NCBI GenBank assembly: GCA_964551525.1
Contig: CAZKCH010000001.1
Span: 1,831 to 65,830 of the forward strand
DNA length: 64,000 nucleotides
Origin: an uncultured Candidatus Saccharibacteria bacterium
GTDB lineage: Bacteria; Patescibacteriota; Minisyncoccia; Minisyncoccales; GWA2-46-15
Reading direction: 5' to 3'
Part shown: positions 57,965 to 64,000 of the stretch, piece by piece
Position numbering within the stretch: the first letter of the stretch is position 1
How the letters are laid out: the number at the start of each line of letters is the position of its first letter
The notes under the pieces: model-generated
Told to the model about the DNA's origin: nothing
Seen by the model: only the letters and a program-made list of their open reading frames with translations
The model's database searches: none
Position numbers and translations under genes: made by a program

Positions 57965-59278
57965 ATGTTGTCTAAATTTTGCCGAAAACCGATTTTCACC
58001 TCGCTTTCGCCCAATACCGAAAAGGACGACATCGCCTTAGCATTTAAACTAATTTCCCAGCCACGGAAATGGATCAATGACGAAAAACCCACGATCGTAG
58101 AAAATCCGTCGTTGATGTTAGAGAATAAATTTAAGGAATACTTATCAGTAAAACACGCCTGTGCCTTCAACTCTGGCCGGACGGCCTTCTTGGCAATTCT
58201 GAAGTGTTTGAATTTTGAGCCCAATAGTGAGGTTTTAATTCAGGGATTTACCTGTAACGCCGTGGTCAATCCGATTTTAGCCGCTGGCCTGAAACCGGTT
58301 TTTGTTGATATTGATGAAAACACGCTCAATATCAGCCCGCTCGACTTGGAAAAGAAACTGACTGATAAAAGCCGCGCTGTTATTATCCAACACACCTTCG
58401 GTCTGCCTGCCGACATAGAAAAAATCCAGGAGATTTGCCAGAAATATAATTTAATTTTGATAGAGGATTGCGCTCACTCGCTTGGTGCCCTTCACGCCTA
58501 CGGCGCTCAGGGCAAGCTGCTCGACACATTCGGCCAAGCCGCCTTCTTTAGTTTTGGCCGCGACAAAGTTATTTCTTCTGTCAGCGGCGGCATGGCTGTT
58601 ACCAACGACGATCAACTAGCGCAAAAATTAAAAGAGTTTCAAGATAATTTGCCCGAACCCTCTTGTTGCTGGATTTTTCAACAATTATTGCATCCGATCT
58701 TAACTAATTTTCTAGTCATGCCTTTATATAATTTCTGCTGTCTGGGCAAATGGACTTTGATATGCCTTCAAAAAATCGGCCTGCTCTCTAAGGCGGTTTC
58801 TAATCAGGAAAAACAAGGAAAATTGCCGAGAAATTTTGCCCGAAAAATGCCTGCGGTTTTGGCAATAATAACTCTGCGCCAGATGGAAAAACTGAAAAAA
58901 TTTATCAGCCACCAGCGCCAGATCGCCAAACTTTACGATCAAAACCTGGCCGGTCTTGATTTAACGCTGCCGTCAAACACGAATAACCGGATTTATCTAC
59001 GCTATCCGCTTTTGCTCAAAAACATTGATACCGATAAGATATTAGATAAGGCGCGCAAAGAAAAAATCTTCCTTGATGATGGCTGGCGTAAAGCCGTGAT
59101 TGTGCCGCCGGACACAAATCAGGAAAAAATGGGCTATCAAGCAGGGGATTGCCCGATCGCGGAAAAAGTCGCCAGAAATATCATCAATTTACCGACCCAC
59201 ATCAACATTTCCGAGCAAAAAGCCCAAAGAATCATCAATTTCCTCAAGAATAAGCTCGCAGAGACCCGTTCTCTGTAA
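57965..59278 (+). CDS. DegT/DnrJ/EryC1/StrS-family PLP-dependent aminotransferase with extended C-terminal domain
   Basis: Collinear DegT blocks (FTCNAVVNPI, EDCAHSLGA, FSFGRDKVISSVSGG with the PLP Lys). The last 7 codons (LAETRSL) are encoded by a REP element. Confidence 0.7.
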   Translation: MLSKFCRKPIFTSLSPNTEKDDIALAFKLISQPRKWINDEKPTIVENPSLMLENKFKEYLSVKHACAFNSGRTAFLAILKCLNFEPNSEVLIQGFTCNAVVNPILAAGLKPVFVDIDENTLNISPLDLEKKLTDKSRAVIIQHTFGLPADIEKIQEICQKYNLILIEDCAHSLGALHAYGAQGKLLDTFGQAAFFSFGRDKVISSVSGGMAVTNDDQLAQKLKEFQDNLPEPSCCWIFQQLLHPILTNFLVMPLYNFCCLGKWTLICLQKIGLLSKAVSNQEKQGKLPRNFARKMPAVLAIITLRQMEKLKKFISHQRQIAKLYDQNLAGLDLTLPSNTNNRIYLRYPLLLKNIDTDKILDKARKEKIFLDDGWRKAVIVPPDTNQEKMGYQAGDCPIAEKVARNIINLPTHINISEQKAQRIINFLKNKLAETRSL

Positions 59279-59315
59279 AATTAAGCAGAACCCTACAGAG
59301 ACCCGTTCTCTGTAA
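59252..59315 (+). repeat. two tandem direct REP copies (hairpin cagagacccgttctctg x2)
   Basis: Same unit as at 14901 and 15671 (aagctcgcagagacccgttctctg). The first copy overlaps the stop of the preceding gene. Confidence 0.7.
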
Positions 59316-59320
59316 ATTAT

Positions 59321-60364
59321 ATGGAAATTAGAGAAATACGAGACAAAGAAATATGGGAGGATTTTCTCGGACAATGCCAAGAAAAAACGTTTTTGCAATC
59401 CTGGAATTGGAGCGAGTTCCAGCAGAAAATGGGCCACCAGATCTGGCGCTTCGGTATTTTTGACAATGAGGAATTAATAATGATTGCCTTGGTTTCTAAA
59501 ATCACGGCCAAGCGGGGAACCTTTTTGTTGATACAGCACGGCCCCGCCTTCGTCCCGCTCTGCGGGACTACGGCGGGCAAGCCCGTTATAGCGATAGAAA
59601 CGCTTATTAATAGACTAAAAGAAATTGCTAAACAAGAAAAGGCGGTTTTTGTCAGAATAAGCCCCTTATGGGAAAATAACCAAGAAAATCAAGACCTTTT
59701 GAAAGAATCTGGCTTGAGAGAAGCGCCCATGCACGCCAATGCCTATGAAGCCACTTGGCAACTGGATCTCCAACCGGCCGAAACCGAACTTCTAGCGCAA
59801 ATGAGAAAGACCACGCGTTATTTAATCCGCCAAGCGCAGAAAAATCAGGATATCGTCGTCGAAAAAAGCCAGGACCTAAAAGACATTGAGGCCTACCAAG
59901 CGCTCAATAAACAAACTGCCAAAAGGCAAAAATTCACGCCTTTTTCCTCTGAACACATTAAAAACGAATACGAAATATTTCTTAAAGATAACCAAGCTAC
60001 TCTGTTTTTCGGCAAATATAAGGGTGAAATTATCTGCGGCGCTTTGATTATTTTCTGGTCCGGCATTGGCTTTTACCATCAGGCCGCCTCATCGGGTGAA
60101 CAAACAAAACTGCCGATCCCATATTTAGTACAATGGGAAGCAATCAAAGAAGCAAAAAACCGGGGCTGCCGGCTTTATGATTTCTGGGGCTATACTGACC
60201 CGCAAAAATATCCGAAACATCCTTGGGCCGGCCCGACTTTATTCAAAATGGGCTTTGGCGGCCAGGCCAAAGAATACGTCAAAACCCAGGATTTGGTCTT
60301 TTCGCCCCAATATTGGTTAACCTATATTTTTGAAAAGGCGCGGAAATTAAAAAGAGGATTTTAA
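59321..60364 (+). CDS. FemAB-family peptidyltransferase (aminoacyl-tRNA-dependent peptidoglycan bridge formation)
   Basis: FemX-like architecture and blocks (YHQAASSGEQTKLPIPYLVQWEAIKEAKNRGCRLYDFWG). Confidence 0.65.
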   Translation: MEIREIRDKEIWEDFLGQCQEKTFLQSWNWSEFQQKMGHQIWRFGIFDNEELIMIALVSKITAKRGTFLLIQHGPAFVPLCGTTAGKPVIAIETLINRLKEIAKQEKAVFVRISPLWENNQENQDLLKESGLREAPMHANAYEATWQLDLQPAETELLAQMRKTTRYLIRQAQKNQDIVVEKSQDLKDIEAYQALNKQTAKRQKFTPFSSEHIKNEYEIFLKDNQATLFFGKYKGEIICGALIIFWSGIGFYHQAASSGEQTKLPIPYLVQWEAIKEAKNRGCRLYDFWGYTDPQKYPKHPWAGPTLFKMGFGGQAKEYVKTQDLVFSPQYWLTYIFEKARKLKRGF

Positions 60365-60365
60365 A

Positions 60366-61172
60366 ATGAAATTCCGGAAATACCGCTTAAAAAAGAAAAA
60401 AACAATTATTAAAAGCCGGATTTTTTGGCCGGCATTATTGGCTTTGACGGCAATGAGCGGTTTATTCTATTTGATCGTGCTGGCGCCTTTTTTCCAGATT
60501 AAGGACATTTTTGTTTCCGGCCAGGAAAGGATTCTCACCGAAGAGATTAAAGACCCGGCCTGGCAAATGATTAACCGGAAAGTCTTGTTTTTCAACAGTA
60601 AAAGCATTTTCTTGGCTAGGACAAAAACGCTAAAAACCATGCTTTTGAAAAGCGTTCCTACTATTAAAGAAATAAAAATCGAACGGCTTTGGCCCAACCT
60701 GCTCAGCATTGAGATTAAAGAAAGGCAGATGGTCGGCTCTTGGAAAAATAATGACAGTTATGATTCTTTCCGTTTTGATGAAACCGGAATTGCCTTTGCC
60801 TTTGATAGTTTCTTGATGCCGAATGATTTAAGGATTGTCTCTAAGCAATCTTCTCAGGCCGCCGATGAAACCGCTTTGGGGAAAAAAGTGATTGAAGAAA
60901 AAACTCTCAATCAAATCCGCAATATCAAAAAAACCGTAGCGGAAAAAACAGGGATTTTAATGTATGATTTTGTCCTTTTTGAACAAGAGGGCCGATTAAA
61001 CGCGGAAACGCTCAAAGAGAGCTGGTCGGCCTACTTTGACCTTAATGGCGACCTTAACTGGCAGATACTGGAGTTGGAATTGGTTTTGGAAAAAAGCTTG
61101 CCTTTGGAAAAAAGAAAAGGGTTGGAATACATTGATCTCCGTTTCAGCAAAGTGGCTTATAAATACAAGTAA
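60366..61172 (+). CDS. ftsQ: cell division protein FtsQ/DivIB-like (POTRA domain)
   Basis: N-terminal basic segment, one TM helix, and a POTRA-like IKDIFVSGQERI...IEIKERQ block. Confidence 0.5.
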   Translation: MKFRKYRLKKKKTIIKSRIFWPALLALTAMSGLFYLIVLAPFFQIKDIFVSGQERILTEEIKDPAWQMINRKVLFFNSKSIFLARTKTLKTMLLKSVPTIKEIKIERLWPNLLSIEIKERQMVGSWKNNDSYDSFRFDETGIAFAFDSFLMPNDLRIVSKQSSQAADETALGKKVIEEKTLNQIRNIKKTVAEKTGILMYDFVLFEQEGRLNAETLKESWSAYFDLNGDLNWQILELELVLEKSLPLEKRKGLEYIDLRFSKVAYKYK

Positions 61173-62342
61173 ATGGCAGCGATGAGAAACTGGCTAATTT
61201 TTTTATTAACCGCCGCTCTTGCGGCGGGAGTTGTGATTTACGCCGGCAGCCAGCCCATGCCCGAACAGAAAAACGCGCTCATCGCTCCTCTTACCGATGC
61301 GGCGCTGAAAAAAATGATTGGGCAAATGATTATTATGGGCTTTCGCGGCACCGAAGCCAGTTCTGAATCAGGCACAGGCGAAGCGATCAAGGACTTAAAT
61401 CTTGGCGGCGTGGTTTTGAGCGACTATGACGTGCCTTCGCAAAGTTTTCCTCGGAATATTATCAATCCCGAACAGACAAAAAAACTCATTTCTGAATTAA
61501 AAACGCTTTCACCTTCTTTGTTCGTTGCCGTAGATGTTGAGGGCGGCCAGATTAACCGCTTAAAGCCCGCTTACGGCTTTAGCCAAATCTTATCCGCTGA
61601 AAAAATGGCCCAAGACGCTACTTTGGCCCTCACGAATCAAGAAGCGGAAAAAATCAGCCAAGAACTTCAGCAAGCCGGTTTTAATATGGACTTTGCGCCC
61701 GTGGTTGATTTAAATCTAAACCCGAAAAATCCGATTATCGGCAAGCTGGAACGTTCGTTTTCCAATAATGCTCAAATGGTCACGGCTAATGCAACGGTTT
61801 TTATAGAAAAACTTCATTCTTATAAACTAATTAGCGTGGCCAAACATTTCCCCGGCCATGGCAGTTCATTTACTGATAGTCATCAGGGCTTGGTTGATAT
61901 CACCGATACTTTTCAAGAAAGCGAATTGATCCCTTATTTTGAATTACAAAAACAGGGCTTGCTCGAAGCGGTCATGGTCGGCCACCTGATTAACCGAAAC
62001 ATTGATGAAGAATTGCCGGCAAGCTTGTCTGAAAAGTTTTTACAAGGAATTTTGCGAAAACAAATCGGCTTCGAGGGCGTGATTATTTCAGATGATATAC
62101 AAATGGGCGCGATTATCAACGAATATGGCTTTGAGGAATCCTTAATCAAAGCCATCAACGCTGGTTGTAATATCGTTGCTTTTTCCAACAACAGCCGGAC
62201 AGCGGCCTATGATAAAAACCTGGCTTATAAAGTGGCGGATGCCATTTTTGAGGCAGTCAAAGAGGGGAGAATCTCCCAAGAAAAAATTATTGAATCAGCG
62301 CAAAAGATTCACGATCTCAAAAAGAAATTCGGCCTCATCTGA
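61173..62342 (+). CDS. nagZ: beta-N-acetylhexosaminidase (GH3, NagZ-like), secreted
   Basis: Signal peptide. GH3 N-terminal domain blocks (KHFPGHGSSFTDSHQG, VMVGH). Confidence 0.75.
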   Translation: MAAMRNWLIFLLTAALAAGVVIYAGSQPMPEQKNALIAPLTDAALKKMIGQMIIMGFRGTEASSESGTGEAIKDLNLGGVVLSDYDVPSQSFPRNIINPEQTKKLISELKTLSPSLFVAVDVEGGQINRLKPAYGFSQILSAEKMAQDATLALTNQEAEKISQELQQAGFNMDFAPVVDLNLNPKNPIIGKLERSFSNNAQMVTANATVFIEKLHSYKLISVAKHFPGHGSSFTDSHQGLVDITDTFQESELIPYFELQKQGLLEAVMVGHLINRNIDEELPASLSEKFLQGILRKQIGFEGVIISDDIQMGAIINEYGFEESLIKAINAGCNIVAFSNNSRTAAYDKNLAYKVADAIFEAVKEGRISQEKIIESAQKIHDLKKKFGLI

Positions 62343-64000
62343 TTTTGTAGACGAAAATGGAATAGCCGATTTTGGCCACGGGCTGATACTGGCCCGAAAT
62401 CAACCAGCGATAATGGCCAAACGAACCCTTGATGACTTCACCGGTTTCATTCTGCAAAAAAGTGGCGGAAATCGCTAAATAAGAACTTTCCGAAAGGCCG
62501 ACCGGATCATAAGCGCTATGCCAAAGCATATACTTGTCACCCAAATAGAATATGGCATCTGAACCGCCGAAATAATCAAGATAAACCTTATCGATTTTAT
62601 TTTCCTCCAGCCATTGGTTGAGCCGTTTTAAATCCTGGCCCCAGTCAAGATTGGAATCAACCACGTATTTGTAGCCCTGATCCGGCCCGCCGACAAATTC
62701 ATTAAAATAGGCCAAGAAAGAAGGAAAAACGCGCAAAACCGAAAAGGCCTGAAAACAAATCAAAGCCGCTAAAAACGCGGTTTTTAATTTCAAGAACGGC
62801 GGTTTTAACAGGCCGGCAATAGCGATGGCGATCAAAACAATGGTAAAAGGAAACACGGGCAACAAATGTCTGACGCCGATATTTAAGTTACCGGAAATGC
62901 TGATAAACCAGTAAAAAGCAATGAAAATGAGCATGGCGATCTCCCGAAACCGGCTAACTACCAATGTCTTCAATCCGGGGAAAAAGCCCTTAGAAACTGC
63001 TTTTATAGCGCTAAAAAGGGCTAAAATAAGGGCCATGGCGCTCAGGGCGTGGAAAACAATGGTCTCCTTTAAAAGGTAGACAATGGGGAAATAGGTTTTC
63101 CAGCCGCTGGTGGACACTTCACCTAAAAAGTAAGTGGTGTTGCCGGAAACCCCGCGGTGAAAAACCATGGCCAGGCCCAAAAGATACTGGGCCAAAGGCC
63201 GCAATAAATCAATGCTTGCCATTTTCAAAGCCAAGACCCTGACATAAGGAAGGGGATTAGGAGTAAGAAGAATATCAATATCACTGATTTGCCGCTCTTG
63301 GGGATAGTTCCAAACGTGATAAATATAAACAAGCCAAATTAACACTACAGCAATAATAAGAATAATGATAAATTTCAAGCAGTAAGCAAAAAAGGACTTA
63401 AAGCGGGAGCGCCAATCAGGATTTTTAATCATTGCCCAGAAAATGATAAACAGGCCGAAAAGCGGCAAGAGAATAAAAGTGGAGAATTTCAAAAGCAAAG
63501 CGATGCCCAAAAACACGCCGGCAAGAATCGTCTTTTTCCAATCGGGCTTGGCTAAGAATTTCAGAAAATAATAAGTGGCGGTGAAAAAACCAAAGGCGGC
63601 GGCCACGTCAGTGGTGACCAGCCGGCCGTGCGCCAAAAGAGTGGGGGAGAGGGAAAATAATAATAAAGACAAAATCCCGGCTTTATTGCCACCGAACTCC
63701 CTTGCCCATTTAAAAACATAAAAACCGAGAAGAACCAAGAGCAAAATCATGGGAATGCGGCCCCAGAAAATCATTTTTTCCGTCGGATTATCCGACCAGA
63801 ATAAAAACTTATTACCAAAAACCCATTGGCCATTGAGGTCGGTCTGCCAGCTCGCGTCCTGCGAAGGAAAGCTGATAAGTGGTGAGCTTGCCGAACCATT
63901 AATAAAGAGCAGGGGAATAGCAGATAAGTCCTTAATTAGGGGCGGATGCTCGGGATTCAAGCGCATGTCTTTTTGCGTCAGATAGGAATAGCCGGCCGGC
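62335..64000 (-). CDS. GT39/PMT-family (ArnT-like) glycosyltransferase, N-terminus beyond window end
   Basis: EHPPLIKDL (HPPLxK motif) near the apparent N-terminus. Many TM helices. The real start (with the DE motif) is probably upstream of position 64000. Confidence 0.55.
   Translation of the reverse strand, partial: PAGYSYLTQKDMRLNPEHPPLIKDLSAIPLLFINGSASSPLISFPSQDASWQTDLNGQWVFGNKFLFWSDNPTEKMIFWGRIPMILLLVLLGFYVFKWAREFGGNKAGILSLLLFSLSPTLLAHGRLVTTDVAAAFGFFTATYYFLKFLAKPDWKKTILAGVFLGIALLLKFSTFILLPLFGLFIIFWAMIKNPDWRSRFKSFFAYCLKFIIILIIAVVLIWLVYIYHVWNYPQERQISDIDILLTPNPLPYVRVLALKMASIDLLRPLAQYLLGLAMVFHRGVSGNTTYFLGEVSTSGWKTYFPIVYLLKETIVFHALSAMALILALFSAIKAVSKGFFPGLKTLVVSRFREIAMLIFIAFYWFISISGNLNIGVRHLLPVFPFTIVLIAIAIAGLLKPPFLKLKTAFLAALICFQAFSVLRVFPSFLAYFNEFVGGPDQGYKYVVDSNLDWGQDLKRLNQWLEENKIDKVYLDYFGGSDAIFYLGDKYMLWHSAYDPVGLSESSYLAISATFLQNETGEVIKGSFGHYRWLISGQYQPVAKIGYSIFVYKIR

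Noticed and set aside
59252-59315. Tandem repeats after the DegT gene as a CRISPR array
   Set aside because: Only two copies. The unit is a hairpin identical to the REPs flanking the RAYT at 14.9-15.7 kb. No spacers or cas genes.

Overview
This 64 kb window looks like a low-GC bacterial genome of Candidate Phyla Radiation (Patescibacteria/Parcubacteria) style. Genes are compact and mostly on the + strand, almost none has a Shine-Dalgarno motif, and several transcripts appear leaderless. Core genes include murC, gap, acs, ppsA, rplY, prfA, rpmE, rpsB, tsf, an archaeal-type tyrS, mreC, mreD, mrdA, greA, lysS, serS, murF, FemAB, FtsQ and NagZ. RNA genes: a 16S rRNA (about 27085-30312) split by two large introns, and a separate 23S-5S unit (about 43217-47966) whose 23S carries two more introns. 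Each of the four introns encodes a LAGLIDADG homing endonuclease. Further RNA genes are tRNA-Thr, tRNA-Ile, tRNA-Ala and an archaeal-like type-I tRNA-Tyr. The 16S gene lies about 12.9 kb from the 23S, with protein genes in between. Its 3' end lacks the CCUCC anti-Shine-Dalgarno sequence. Mobile and accessory content: an IS200-like REP-associated tyrosine transposase (RAYT) flanked by REP hairpins, with another REP pair 44 kb away that recodes the 3' end of a DegT aminotransferase gene. A roughly 5 kb island sits downstream of tRNA-Tyr. It has direct repeats, a foreign high-GC gene with a canonical SD, a HigBA-like toxin-antitoxin pair, and cassette-like genes (NYN nuclease, 2H phosphoesterase, Zn-ribbon, HAD phosphatase, KNTase-like nucleotidyltransferase). 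Each cassette gene sits behind its own hairpin/T-run/extended -10 module. Two PMT/GT39-like glycosyltransferases and in-frame microsatellite insertions in murC and murF are also present. No CRISPR array was seen.
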